Source: Alkalibacterium sp.
GTDB taxonomy: Bacteria; Bacillota; Bacilli; Lactobacillales; Carnobacteriaceae_A
Direction: 5' to 3'
NCBI RefSeq assembly: GCF_046484155.1
Contig: NZ_JAWOBT010000133.1
Span: 5,785 to 69,784, forward strand
Length of the DNA stretch: 64,000 bases
The position numbers and the translations under genes were made by a program. Of this stretch, positions 52,378 through 62,748 are shown piece by piece. Below the pieces are notes generated by a model, which was not told the origin of the DNA, did no database searches, and saw only the letters and a list, made by a program, of their open reading frames with translations. How positions within the stretch are numbered: the stretch's first letter is position 1; each line of letters opens with the position of its first letter.

Positions 52378-54728
52378 TAGGGAATATAGTGTACGTGGCT
52401 GTTTTATTACTGTTTGTTGCTATTAGTATGACTACTGTTTTTTCGTTTTTAACACTGACGATGTTTGTATTAGTCTGTATAAGAGTGATCTTATTAAAAA
52501 ATCACCGACTATTATTTTTGTCTATCTTAATGGGGATGTTGTTCTATGCGAGAGTAACTTATCTGTATCCGATTGAGTCGACGCTGTCACATTTTGAGAC
52601 TGTAAGAGTTGATATCGATATCAAAGAAACCAGTTTGAAAATCGACGGGGATAAATTAGTCTTTGAAGGAACGATAAAAGAGAACGGAAGAATAGAAAAG
52701 GTAATAGTCAACTATACTATTACTAATGAGAATGAAAAAAAAGAGTTGATAAATGCTTATCCTAAAAGGGTTTTAGTAGAAGGGGCTTTTTCTGAACCCA
52801 ACGAATCGACTAATTTCAATCAGTTTGACTATAAAAATTATTTAAAAAACAAACAAATAGTTAATGTCTTAACTGCATCGACCTTGAAAATTGTAGAGCA
52901 GGATAGATTCAAGCAATTTCATGTTTACAGTATAGATTCATTTAGACAGAAAATTTTGACACATGTCGATCGGACAATGACTAAGCGGTCGGCCACCTAC
53001 ACTAAGATACTCTTATTTGCCGATAAGCGCTCCTTTTCAACTGAAGTTATGCAGACGTTTAAAGAATTAGGCATTGTCCATTTATTAAGCATTTCAGGCT
53101 TACATGTCGTACTTGTCATTGGTATGATCAAAGGCACATGTCGAAGATCAAAGACGAGCAAAGAAGCCACAAACACATTCCTGCTCTTATTCTTGCCTTT
53201 GTATGGTTTAACTACAGGTTTAGGGGTGAGTGTTTTTAGAGCGATTGGACAATCCTGGCTCAAATTACTGAGTGAAAAAGCGAATGTGTCATTGACCACA
53301 TTGGATTGCTGGTCGCTTATGTTGATCAGTATTATCTTTGTCCAACCATATAGTATTTATACGGTTGGTTTCCAGTTAAGCTATTTGATCAGCTTTATTA
53401 TTATAATGTTTACTCGGCAGTCATTTTTTAAAGAGTGGTCAAAGCTCAGAGCATATATAGGATTGAATTTAATCCTATTGATTTGCTCCATTCCTATCTT
53501 AACCTATCACTTTTATGAATTTTCGTGGGGTGTGCTTATTTTGAACAGTCTTTTCATCCCTTTTATTGCGATAGTATTGTTACCGATAATAATAGTAAAC
53601 TTCTTTCTATCTCTGGTCATACCAACGCTTAACCTGTTTAGATACAGTCTAAAAGTATTGGATAATTTGATCGAAATAATGGAGGCATTAGGCGATGGGA
53701 TAGCTTCAAATGTTTCTTTTACTATTATCACAGGGCGGTTATCTCAAATAAGTTACTTATTGCTGATAGGGTTCCTTATTATGCTACTTCTGTTAATTGA
53801 AAAAAAGAACAGCAAGCCTTTCATCATTGCACCGCTAGTGGGTATCATAACGTGTGTGTACTCCGTTCGTTATGCACCTTACGGGCAAGTGTTAATGATC
53901 GATGTGAATCAGGGAGAAGCGATTTTGATTAGGGAACCATGGGGGAAAGGGAATTATCTCATCGATACGGGCGGTCAGAATGAATATCTAGTTGAAGAAT
54001 GGAAAAAGAGAGAAAAAATGTTTAGTGTAGGAGAAAACATCATGTTACCGGTGCTGAAATCTGAAGGCGTGCATAAACTTGATTCTATAATAATCACACA
54101 TCCAGACATTGATCATTATGGTGCCTTGCTTGACATCATTAGTCAAATAAAAACAAAACAAGTCGTCTCTGCAAAATCTACTTTCTTTGAAGCAAATTTT
54201 CAGACATTGTTTCCTTCTATAGAAAAATATGGCACAATAATTAAAGAGGTAAATGAGGGTTCGAGTGACAATCTTCCTTCCAATTCCGTTGCAATCCTTT
54301 CAAATGATACAATTGCAGGAACAAATAGAAATAATAGTTCTTTGGTCGTATTAGGATTAATAGGGAACAAAACATGGTTATTTACAGGAGATCTTGAAAC
54401 GGATGGAGAGAAAGAATTACTTGCAAAATATCCTAACCTGACTGTTGATGTGCTCAAGATAGGCCATCATGGAAGCCAGACATCGACGCATGCAGAGTTT
54501 TTAAAGCAGCTGAATCCTGAGGTTGCATGGATTTCTTGTGGAGAAAATAACAGATACGGCCATCCCCATGATAGTGTTATCCAGAAGATAGCAGAACTGG
54601 ATGCAACGATTTATAGAACGGATCATGACGGTGCCATCAGGTATAAATATAGCAATCAGTCGCGTAGTGAAAAAGTTGATAAGCGCTTGTTTTCTTTTGA
54701 ACCAAATAGAGAACGAAAAGGAGAATGA
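52374..54728 (+). CDS. comEC: DNA uptake channel ComEC
   Basis: N...FDY, HLLSISGLH, GFQLSY, MBL domain DVNQGE, IDTGG, THPDIDH, FTGD, GHHGS, YGHP. Confidence 0.95.
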   Translation: MIGNIVYVAVLLLFVAISMTTVFSFLTLTMFVLVCIRVILLKNHRLLFLSILMGMLFYARVTYLYPIESTLSHFETVRVDIDIKETSLKIDGDKLVFEGTIKENGRIEKVIVNYTITNENEKKELINAYPKRVLVEGAFSEPNESTNFNQFDYKNYLKNKQIVNVLTASTLKIVEQDRFKQFHVYSIDSFRQKILTHVDRTMTKRSATYTKILLFADKRSFSTEVMQTFKELGIVHLLSISGLHVVLVIGMIKGTCRRSKTSKEATNTFLLLFLPLYGLTTGLGVSVFRAIGQSWLKLLSEKANVSLTTLDCWSLMLISIIFVQPYSIYTVGFQLSYLISFIIIMFTRQSFFKEWSKLRAYIGLNLILLICSIPILTYHFYEFSWGVLILNSLFIPFIAIVLLPIIIVNFFLSLVIPTLNLFRYSLKVLDNLIEIMEALGDGIASNVSFTIITGRLSQISYLLLIGFLIMLLLLIEKKNSKPFIIAPLVGIITCVYSVRYAPYGQVLMIDVNQGEAILIREPWGKGNYLIDTGGQNEYLVEEWKKREKMFSVGENIMLPVLKSEGVHKLDSIIITHPDIDHYGALLDIISQIKTKQVVSAKSTFFEANFQTLFPSIEKYGTIIKEVNEGSSDNLPSNSVAILSNDTIAGTNRNNSSLVVLGLIGNKTWLFTGDLETDGEKELLAKYPNLTVDVLKIGHHGSQTSTHAEFLKQLNPEVAWISCGENNRYGHPHDSVIQKIAELDATIYRTDHDGAIRYKYSNQSRSEKVDKRLFSFEPNRERKGE

Positions 54729-54729
54729 G

Positions 54730-55761
54730 ATGAAATCTGTATTAAAACAAATTGATGAAATAAATAAAGGTAAGTTAAAAGCTGTTTATGCGATTATCGG
54801 TACGGAAAGAATGCTTGTAGAAGAAGTGACTAATGCTTTAACAAGAACGGTAAAAAAGAAACAGAAAGATGATATGAATATTTTGCATTTTGATTTAACT
54901 GATACAAGCATAGATGATGTCGTTTTTGAAGCAGAAAGTTTTCCGTTTTTTGGAGATCAGAAATTGATATTTGTTCATTCCAGTCATATTTTTACTGGGA
55001 AAAAAATCACATCGAATATAAAACACACCACCACCTTACTCGAGAGCTATTTGAATAATCCTTCTGATTTTTCAATTCTCGTGTTTATCGCGCCCTATGA
55101 TAAATTGGACAAGAGAAAAAAGGTGACAAAAGCGTTATTGAACTCATCAGAAGTCATCGATGTTACACCAGCTGCTGAAAAAGAGACAGCGGATTATTTA
55201 AGAAGTTACCTTAAAGAAAATGATTATAAAATATCCAAAGAATCTTTTGAGCGTTTATTGCAATTAACCGATAGGAATTTATCCAAGGCAAAGAATGAAT
55301 TGGATAAATTGATGGTTTATCATGTTGATGATAAAATGATTACTATTGAATCGGTGAATAAACTCGTTTCAAAATCTCTGGAACAGAATATTTTTGAGTT
55401 AAATGAAAAAGTATTGAAGAAGAATGTTAAAGAATCGATTGAACTGTATCAGGATTTACTGCATCAAAAAGAAGATCCAATCAAGATACTCGCTTTAATG
55501 ATCGGTCAGTTCAGATTGCTTCTTCAAGTGAAAATCTTGAGAAAAAAAGGGTATCAGCAATCAGATATTGCAAGTATCTTGAAAATTCATCCTTACCGAG
55601 TTAAATTGGCTTTACAAATGGAGAAGTCTTTCAAACAAGATGTGTTATCCCAGGCTCACCATCACTTGATTACCGCCGATTACGAGATCAAGAGTGGAAA
55701 GGTAAATCCGGAAATGCAAATCGAGCTCTTCATCTGGAAGTTTTCAACGATGAACGAATGA
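54730..55761 (+). CDS. holA: DNA polymerase III delta subunit
   Basis: PFFGD, KLDKRKK, ELDKL, LEQNIF.L, HPYRVK. Confidence 0.95.
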   Translation: MKSVLKQIDEINKGKLKAVYAIIGTERMLVEEVTNALTRTVKKKQKDDMNILHFDLTDTSIDDVVFEAESFPFFGDQKLIFVHSSHIFTGKKITSNIKHTTTLLESYLNNPSDFSILVFIAPYDKLDKRKKVTKALLNSSEVIDVTPAAEKETADYLRSYLKENDYKISKESFERLLQLTDRNLSKAKNELDKLMVYHVDDKMITIESVNKLVSKSLEQNIFELNEKVLKKNVKESIELYQDLLHQKEDPIKILALMIGQFRLLLQVKILRKKGYQQSDIASILKIHPYRVKLALQMEKSFKQDVLSQAHHHLITADYEIKSGKVNPEMQIELFIWKFSTMNE

Positions 55762-55918
55762 AGATGAAAATAAAAAAAGTTTTCATTGAAAATTTGAGTG
55801 ATGTGATGTAAAATGGAGAATGTTAAATAAAACAATTCACATGGTCTAGATAATACTGGTTTATCACAGTATCCATTTAAATCCAACTATATGTTTATTA
55901 ATTAAGGAGTGTTTTACA

Positions 55919-56173
55919 ATGCCAAATATGGAACAAGCTGAAAAACGTCAAAGACAAGACGTGAAAAAGAAAGCAACCAACGTGAGCCAAGCTACATCAA
56001 TGAAAACTGCTAAGAAAAAATTCTTAGAAGCTGCAAACAATGATGCAGACAACGCACAAGACTTATATGTTAAAGCTGTCAAAGCAATTGATAAAGCTTC
56101 ATCAAAAGGTCTGATTCATGAAAATAAAGCTGCTCGTGACAAGTCACGTTTAAGCAAAAAAATAGCTAAATAA
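55919..56173 (+). CDS. rpsT: 30S ribosomal protein S20 (divergent N-terminus)
   Basis: [22 protein letters not shown]; own promoter TTGAAA-17-TAAAAT at 55786-55814. Confidence 0.93.
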   Translation: MPNMEQAEKRQRQDVKKKATNVSQATSMKTAKKKFLEAANNDADNAQDLYVKAVKAIDKASSKGLIHENKAARDKSRLSKKIAK

Positions 56174-56177
56174 TTTT

Positions 56178-56220
56178 AGAGTATTCTCACGAGACATAAG
56201 TCTTTGAGAATACTTTTTTT
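56178..56220 (+). terminator. rpsT terminator
   Basis: AGTATTCTCA..TGAGAATACT followed by a T run. Confidence 0.8.
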
Positions 56221-56222
56221 AT

Positions 56223-56266
56223 CAAACAGCCGAGAACACTCGTGACTTTAGTCATGAGAGGTTCAA
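56223..56266 (+). mobile_element. Collapsed IS200/IS605-family end remnant (no transposase)
   Basis: TTTAT target, then CAAACAGCCGAGAACA, hairpin CTCGTGACT-TT-AGTCATGAG, ending AGGTTCAA. Confidence 0.7.
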
Positions 56267-56308
56267 GTTAAACTGGTAGCGAACAGTTTTATGTAAAGGA
56301 GTGTTGGC

Positions 56309-58294
56309 ATGGCCGAGCAAGGGTTCAATTTGAAATCACCTTTCCAGCCGAGTGGAGATCAGCCTGAAGCGATCAAACAGTTGGTGCAGGGAATCAAGAA
56401 CAATCAAAAAGAACAAGTTCTCTTAGGAGCAACTGGGACAGGAAAGACTTTTACGATGTCCAATGTTATTCAGCAAGTAAATAAACCGACATTGGTCATG
56501 GCACATAACAAAACGCTAGCTGGTCAATTATACACAGAGTTTAAAGAATTCTTTCCAGACAATGCAGTAGAATATTTTGTGAGTTATTATGACTACTATC
56601 AGCCAGAAGCATATGTTCCTTCTACTGATACATTTATTGAAAAAGACGCTAGCGTAAATGACGAAATTGATAAACTGAGACACTCAGCAACCAGTTCATT
56701 GCTCGAAAGACGTGATGTTATCGTGGTGTCTTCTGTTTCTTGTATCTATGGGTTAGTTAATCCGGAAGATTATAGGGAACATGTCGTATCTTTACGTTCC
56801 GGGATGGAAATCAGTAGAGAAGCATTATTGCGTCGACTTGTTGATATGCAATTTGAGCGTAATGACATTGATTTTCAGCGCGGACGATTCAGAGTCCGAG
56901 GGGATATAGTCGAAATCTTTCTGGCTTCAAGAGAAAGTGAAGCGATCAGAGTCGAATTCTTTGGAGATGAAATAGATCGAATCAGAGAAGTGGATGTTTT
57001 AACAGGTGAAGTTAAAGCCGATTTGGCTCATGCAGCTATATTTCCCGCAACTCACTTTGTTTCAAACGATGAACAGACACGTTCAGCCATCGATTCTATT
57101 CAAGCAGAATTAAAAGACAGGCTTGAAGAACTGTACAGAGAGAATAAATTGCTGGAAGCGCAGCGACTTGAGCAGCGTACGAATTATGATATTGAGATGA
57201 TGATGGAAATGGGATACTGTTCAGGTATCGAGAATTATTCCAGACATTTAGACGGGCGAAAACCAGGCGAATCGCCTTATACGCTATTGGACTTCTTCCC
57301 CAAGGATTCACTCTTTATTATTGATGAGTCACATATGACCATGCCGCAGATTAGGGGAATGTATAAGGGGGACAGGGCGCGTAAGCAGCAGTTGATCGAT
57401 CACGGGTTCAGATTACCTAGTGCACTCGACAATCGCCCACTCCGTCTAGAAGAATTCGAAGCTAAAGTTCCGCAGATCACGTACATTTCAGCGACACCAG
57501 CAGATTATGAAATGAATCGCTCGAGTCAAATTGTAGAACAGATTATTCGACCGACGGGATTATTAGATCCTATCGTCGAAGTAAGACCCATCAAAGGGCA
57601 GATAGATGATATAATCGAAGAAATAAATAAACGGATCGAAAAAAACGAGCGGGTCTTTATTACAACGTTAACTAAAAAAATGTCGGAAGACTTAACAGAT
57701 TACCTTAAAGAAGTCGGTATAAAAGTGCAATACCTTCACAGTGATATTAAAACATTGGAACGGACGGAAATCATCAGGGAGCTTAGAATTGGCAAGTATG
57801 ATGTATTGATAGGAATCAACTTGTTGCGAGAAGGACTAGATGTTCCTGAAGTCTCATTAGTTACGATTCTGGATGCTGACAAAGAAGGGTTCCTTAGAAG
57901 TGCACGGGCATTGATCCAAACAATGGGACGTGTGGCCCGAAATGAAAACGGGCGTGTCATCATGTATGCTGACCGGATCACCGATTCCATGCGAAAAGCG
58001 ATCGATGAGACCGAAAGACGTCGTGCCATTCAAGAAGAATACAACGAGAAGCATGGAATTACGCCAACAACAATCAAGAAAGAAGTAAGAGACCTTATTA
58101 AGATCTCCACGGCAGTCGATGATGAAGAGCAGGGCTTGTCTGAAGAAACAATCAAAAATTTATCGCGAAGAGAACGAAAGGAACTCATTGAAACAATGGA
58201 ACTGGAAATGAAAGAAGCTGCTAAAGATCTGAATTTTGAAAAAGCAGCCGATTTAAGAGACATTGTAATGGAACTGAAAACAAAATATTTATAA
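56309..58294 (+). CDS. uvrB: Excinuclease ABC subunit B
   Basis: [39 protein letters not shown]-terminal UVR domain. Confidence 0.98.
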   Translation: MAEQGFNLKSPFQPSGDQPEAIKQLVQGIKNNQKEQVLLGATGTGKTFTMSNVIQQVNKPTLVMAHNKTLAGQLYTEFKEFFPDNAVEYFVSYYDYYQPEAYVPSTDTFIEKDASVNDEIDKLRHSATSSLLERRDVIVVSSVSCIYGLVNPEDYREHVVSLRSGMEISREALLRRLVDMQFERNDIDFQRGRFRVRGDIVEIFLASRESEAIRVEFFGDEIDRIREVDVLTGEVKADLAHAAIFPATHFVSNDEQTRSAIDSIQAELKDRLEELYRENKLLEAQRLEQRTNYDIEMMMEMGYCSGIENYSRHLDGRKPGESPYTLLDFFPKDSLFIIDESHMTMPQIRGMYKGDRARKQQLIDHGFRLPSALDNRPLRLEEFEAKVPQITYISATPADYEMNRSSQIVEQIIRPTGLLDPIVEVRPIKGQIDDIIEEINKRIEKNERVFITTLTKKMSEDLTDYLKEVGIKVQYLHSDIKTLERTEIIRELRIGKYDVLIGINLLREGLDVPEVSLVTILDADKEGFLRSARALIQTMGRVARNENGRVIMYADRITDSMRKAIDETERRRAIQEEYNEKHGITPTTIKKEVRDLIKISTAVDDEEQGLSEETIKNLSRRERKELIETMELEMKEAAKDLNFEKAADLRDIVMELKTKYL

Positions 58295-58356
58295 AATGAT
58301 TGGAATAGATTGACTTTTCAGATTGAAACCTTTAAAGTTAGACCAATTGAATAGCA

Positions 58357-58529
58357 ATCCTTTAAAGATAGTCCAGAGAGGCTAAGAAGGAGCAGCAGGT
58401 TCTTTATACGTACCCGTGAGTACTGATAAAGTCCCTTTGAATAGGTGAACTTTAGTTTGTTGACCTTTTCATACCTGATAGAAATATTTGGGAGCACTCT
58501 TATCTTAACTGGATAAGGGTGCTTTTTTT
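58357..58529 (+). promoter_or_regulatory. PyrR attenuator 1
   Basis: CCTTTAA..AGTCCAGAGAGGCTAAGAAGG binding loop; terminator 58493-58529. Confidence 0.92.
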
Positions 58530-58620
58530 ATTGGATTCTATTCAAGATTTGGTTACAGTGAATCAATTATGGCTCAGAAAAAAGACCACTCACTGATCAT
58601 TACTAGCAGGAGGATAAATA

Positions 58621-59163
58621 ATGCAGAAACTGTCTAAAGTTGAAGTAGTCAATGGTGTAGCTATGGAACGAGCATTGATCCGAATTACTTATGAAATAAT
58701 CGAAAAGAACAAAGGCATTGAACACCTTGTTCTTGCCGGAATAAAGACAAGAGGTGTATTTATTGCTCACCGCATAGCAGATAGAATAAAAAAACTTGAA
58801 GGTAAAACAATCGAAGTGTTGGAACTGGATGTGTCCTACTATCGAGACGATAACGAAGGGGAAGATACTGAAAAACAGACTTTTTCTGCTGATAATGCAA
58901 CAATAAAAGGAAAGAAGGTTGTCATTGTAGATGATGTACTTTACACCGGTCGGACCATACGAGCAGCGTTGGATGCAGTTATCGATCTGGGAAGACCAGA
59001 TAAGATATATCTAGCTGTTCTAATTGATCGCGGGAACAGAGAATTACCAATAAGAGCAGATTTTGTTGGTAAAAACATTCCAACTTCTCGAGAAGAAACC
59101 ATTCGGGTCTCCTTAAAAGAGATGGATGAAACAGATCAAGTGAATATCTTGAAAAATATATGA
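58621..59163 (+). CDS. pyrR: PyrR regulator / uracil phosphoribosyltransferase
   Basis: [28 protein letters not shown]. Confidence 0.96.
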   Translation: MQKLSKVEVVNGVAMERALIRITYEIIEKNKGIEHLVLAGIKTRGVFIAHRIADRIKKLEGKTIEVLELDVSYYRDDNEGEDTEKQTFSADNATIKGKKVVIVDDVLYTGRTIRAALDAVIDLGRPDKIYLAVLIDRGNRELPIRADFVGKNIPTSREETIRVSLKEMDETDQVNILKNI

Positions 59164-59179
59164 ATTTAAATAATTGTGA

Positions 59180-59382
59180 ACTTTAAAGGTGTCCCGTGAG
59201 GCACGAAAGGTCGCAGGAATAAACAAAAGAGGTAGAAGAGTGTACAAAGCTTTAAAGTAGATGTGCCAGATAATTGTTATAAGAGATAGGCGTCTATTTT
59301 TAAAACAGTAAACACAATTCTGAACCGTTTTTTGTTAAATCCTCTAGACCTATTGCCGTTATGGCTCTGGGTCTTTTTTTTT
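59180..59382 (+). promoter_or_regulatory. PyrR attenuator 2
   Basis: CTTTAAAGGTGTCCCGTGAGGCACGAAAGG; terminator AGACCTA..TGGGTCT plus T run at 59346-59382. Confidence 0.85.
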
Positions 59383-59441
59383 AAGAAAAGTACAGGTTGA
59401 TTATAATGTTTTATCGGAAGAGATATTAAGGGAGGATTCTT

Positions 59442-60362
59442 ATGACTAAATTAAAAGCAAAACGTATGCGTCATTTTGTATCATTGGAACAGTATGAAAA
59501 TCAGGAGATCATAGAGATGATCGAATCAGCGATAGAATTTAAGAGACAGGCTAAATTCCCAACCTATACTGAGAATTACGCGATAAATTGTTTTTTTGAA
59601 CAGAGTACCCGTACACATAAAAGTTTCGAGATGGCAGAACGCAAGATGGGGATGCAAGTGCTTGATTTTCAACCTGCAATGAGCAGTGTAAAGAAAGGAG
59701 AGAGTCTGTATGATACTGTTCTGACACTTCAGGCAATCGGCGTCGATGTCGTCGTCATCCGTCACAGTGAAGAAGCCTACTATACTAAACTGATTGAGAG
59801 TGACAGCATTAAGTGTTCGATTATCAACGGAGGAGACGGCACCGGACAACATCCAAGTCAATCTTTGCTTGACCTGATGACGATCTACGAAGAGTATGGA
59901 TCATTTGAAAATCTTGAAGTAGCAATATCGGGGGATTTAACTCATTCAAGAGTTGCCAAAAGTAATATGCAGATACTTAAACGTTTGGGAGCTAAGCTTT
60001 ATTTTACAGGTCCTCAGGAATGGTATGAACCTTCTTTTGAAGAATACGGAACATTCACAACGATCGATAAGCTGATCGATCAAGTGGATGTCATGATGCT
60101 GCTGCGCGTTCAGCATGAAAGACATCAAGAAACTGATTTAAGGTTTTCTAAAAACACCTACTTGCAAAAATATGGCATAACATTTGAAAGAGAATCCAGA
60201 ATGAAAGAATCAGCCATTATTATGCATCCTGCCCCAGTTAATCGTGGGGTTGAAATTGAGGATAGTCTAGTTGAGTGTGAGCGTTCTAGAATTGTCAGAC
60301 AAATGGAAAACGGAGTGTATGCAAGAATAGCAATTATCGACTCGGTCCTTAAGCACAGATAA
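59442..60362 (+). CDS. pyrB: Aspartate carbamoyltransferase
   Basis: [33 protein letters not shown]. Confidence 0.97.
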   Translation: MTKLKAKRMRHFVSLEQYENQEIIEMIESAIEFKRQAKFPTYTENYAINCFFEQSTRTHKSFEMAERKMGMQVLDFQPAMSSVKKGESLYDTVLTLQAIGVDVVVIRHSEEAYYTKLIESDSIKCSIINGGDGTGQHPSQSLLDLMTIYEEYGSFENLEVAISGDLTHSRVAKSNMQILKRLGAKLYFTGPQEWYEPSFEEYGTFTTIDKLIDQVDVMMLLRVQHERHQETDLRFSKNTYLQKYGITFERESRMKESAIIMHPAPVNRGVEIEDSLVECERSRIVRQMENGVYARIAIIDSVLKHR

Positions 60363-60370
60363 AGGGAGGA

Positions 60371-61660
60371 ATGAACGTGTCACTATTAATTAAAAATGCA
60401 GCTATCATTAAGAATGACAGTCAGACTCATTTAGTCGATATTTATATAGCTGATAAAAAGATAAATACAATTGGACAAAGTTTAAACCATCCTGCTGCTA
60501 TTACTATCGATGCCAGGGGTAGACTGGTGACGCCAGGACTTATTGATGTTCATGTTCATCTGAGAGAGCCGGGATATGAATACAAAGAAACAATAAAAAC
60601 GGGAACTAAAGCGGCCGCACGAGGAGGATTTACGACGGTTTGTGCAATGCCGAATGTTGACCCTGAACCTGATACAGTTGAAAATCTGAAAAGGATATTA
60701 GAAATCATTGCTCGAGAGGCCAGTGTAAAAGTAAAACAGTATGTACCAATAACAAGGGGACTTACTTCGGAAGAATTGACTGATCAGAAAGCACTGTTGA
60801 AGGCAGGAGCATTTGCATTTACGAATGACGGTGTGGGTGTCCAGACGGCCGGGACGATGTATAAGGCAATGCAGGAAGCAGCCTTGGTGGGAACGACGAT
60901 CGTGGCCCACACCGAAGATGATTCTCTACTTTTTGGAGGAGGTGTGATGCATGAAGGTACAAGGAACAAAGAATTGGGTTTACAGGGAATGCTGCAGCTG
61001 ACTGAATCCACTCAAATCGCAAGAGATGTATTGCTTGCAGAAGAGACGGGCGTACATTATCATATCTGTCATGTTTCAGCTAAAGAGAGTGTAAGAGTGA
61101 TAAGAGAGGCCAAACGAGCAGGCATCCACGTCACTGCGGAAGTCACTCCGCATCATCTGCTACTCTGTGAAGAAGATATCCCAAGTGATACGAGTCAATA
61201 CAAAATGAATCCGCCACTGAGGAGCAGAGAAGATCAGAAAGCTTTACTTGAAGGTTTACTCGATGGGACTATCGATATGATTGCAACGGATCATGCCCCT
61301 CACAGTGATGAAGAAAAAAATGGTTCGATGATCGATTCTCCATTTGGGATCGTCGGAAGTGAAACGGCTTTTTCGCTGCTCTATACCTATCTGGTGAAAA
61401 CAGGTAAGGTCACGCTCAAGAAGCTAGTAGACTGCTTGACTGTCATGCCATCACAAGTGTTTGATTTTGATACAGGTGTAATCGAAGTAGGAGCACCAGC
61501 GGACTTAGCCTGCTTCGATTTAGACCAAGAAACAGTGATCAGGAAAGAAGATTTTCAGTCGAAGGCATCCAATACACCATTTTTAGGATGGGAAGTAAAT
61601 GGATCGACAGCATTCACGATCGTGGATGGCCAAGTGGCTTATGAGGAGGGGATCCAATGA
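60371..61660 (+). CDS. pyrC: Dihydroorotase
   Basis: [24 protein letters not shown]. Confidence 0.97.
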   Translation: MNVSLLIKNAAIIKNDSQTHLVDIYIADKKINTIGQSLNHPAAITIDARGRLVTPGLIDVHVHLREPGYEYKETIKTGTKAAARGGFTTVCAMPNVDPEPDTVENLKRILEIIAREASVKVKQYVPITRGLTSEELTDQKALLKAGAFAFTNDGVGVQTAGTMYKAMQEAALVGTTIVAHTEDDSLLFGGGVMHEGTRNKELGLQGMLQLTESTQIARDVLLAEETGVHYHICHVSAKESVRVIREAKRAGIHVTAEVTPHHLLLCEEDIPSDTSQYKMNPPLRSREDQKALLEGLLDGTIDMIATDHAPHSDEEKNGSMIDSPFGIVGSETAFSLLYTYLVKTGKVTLKKLVDCLTVMPSQVFDFDTGVIEVGAPADLACFDLDQETVIRKEDFQSKASNTPFLGWEVNGSTAFTIVDGQVAYEEGIQ

Positions 61661-62748
61661 AGAAAAGACTACTGGTGCTGGAAGATGGGACTGTTTTTAG
61701 AGGATATGGTTTTGGTTCAAGTAAAGAGACCATCGGAGAAGTAGTATTTAATACTGGCATGACGGGGTATCAGGAATCTATTACCGACCAGTCCTATAAT
61801 GGCCAGTTATTAACATTTACTTATCCCCTGATTGGAAATGCAGGAATCAATCGGGACGATTATGAATCGATCGTCCCTACGACTAAAGCAGTTATAGTTA
61901 AAGAATATGCCAGAAGACCCTCTAACTGGAGAAGTCAGATGAACTTAGATGAATTTTTAAAAGAAAAAGATATTCCTGGACTTATGGGCGTTGATACCAG
62001 AAGACTTACAAAGGTGATTCGCGAACATGGGGCAATGAAAGCTATTTTGACAGATGATACACGAGAAATCAATGAAATCACACAACAGTTATCTCAAACG
62101 AAACTTCCCAGAAATCAGGTCGAACAAGTTTCGACAACAAGACCTTATGTGAATCCTCAGATAGGACGAAAGGTCGTCGTAATAGATTATGGATTGAAGC
62201 ACAGTATATTACATGAGTTAAATAAGCGGGAGTGTCACGTAACTGTGCTCCCGCATGACACAAATGCTGAAACAATATTGAATTTAAATCCTGATGGTGT
62301 CATGCTGACCAATGGGCCAGGCGACCCGAAAGATTTGCCTTATGCCCATGAAATGGTGAAGCAGTTGCAGAAACACTTTCCGATTTTCGGTATTTGTTTA
62401 GGGCATCAGCTGATTGCCTTAGCAAATGGAGCAGAGACTTATAAAATGAACTTTGGACATAGAGGATTCAATCATCCAGTCAGAGAAATCGCAACTGGAA
62501 AAATCGATTTCACATCTCAAAACCATGGCTATGCAGTTTCTGAAGAATCGATCAACAAAGAAAAACTAATGGTCACACACTTAGAAATAAACGATGGGAC
62601 AGTTGAAGGATTAAAACATCGATTTTACCCTGTTTTCAGTGTCCAGTATCACCCGGATGCAGCACCCGGACCACATGATGGAGCAGGAATGTTCGATCAG
62701 TTCACCGAATTAATGGACGCATGGAAGGTGGAAAAAAAAGATGCCTAA
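61657..62748 (+). CDS. carA: Carbamoyl-phosphate synthase small subunit
   Basis: [33 protein letters not shown]. Confidence 0.97.
   Translation: MKKRLLVLEDGTVFRGYGFGSSKETIGEVVFNTGMTGYQESITDQSYNGQLLTFTYPLIGNAGINRDDYESIVPTTKAVIVKEYARRPSNWRSQMNLDEFLKEKDIPGLMGVDTRRLTKVIREHGAMKAILTDDTREINEITQQLSQTKLPRNQVEQVSTTRPYVNPQIGRKVVVIDYGLKHSILHELNKRECHVTVLPHDTNAETILNLNPDGVMLTNGPGDPKDLPYAHEMVKQLQKHFPIFGICLGHQLIALANGAETYKMNFGHRGFNHPVREIATGKIDFTSQNHGYAVSEESINKEKLMVTHLEINDGTVEGLKHRFYPVFSVQYHPDAAPGPHDGAGMFDQFTELMDAWKVEKKDA

Noticed and set aside
56267-56286. Possible TnpB omega-RNA guide after the IS right end
   Set aside because: The relic is far too short to hold the omega-RNA scaffold and there is no tnpB in the window; the flank is simply the insertion site.
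58569-58637. Short ORF MAQKKDHS... before pyrR
   Set aside because: No SD, it overlaps the pyrR start, and PyrR attenuation does not use a leader peptide.
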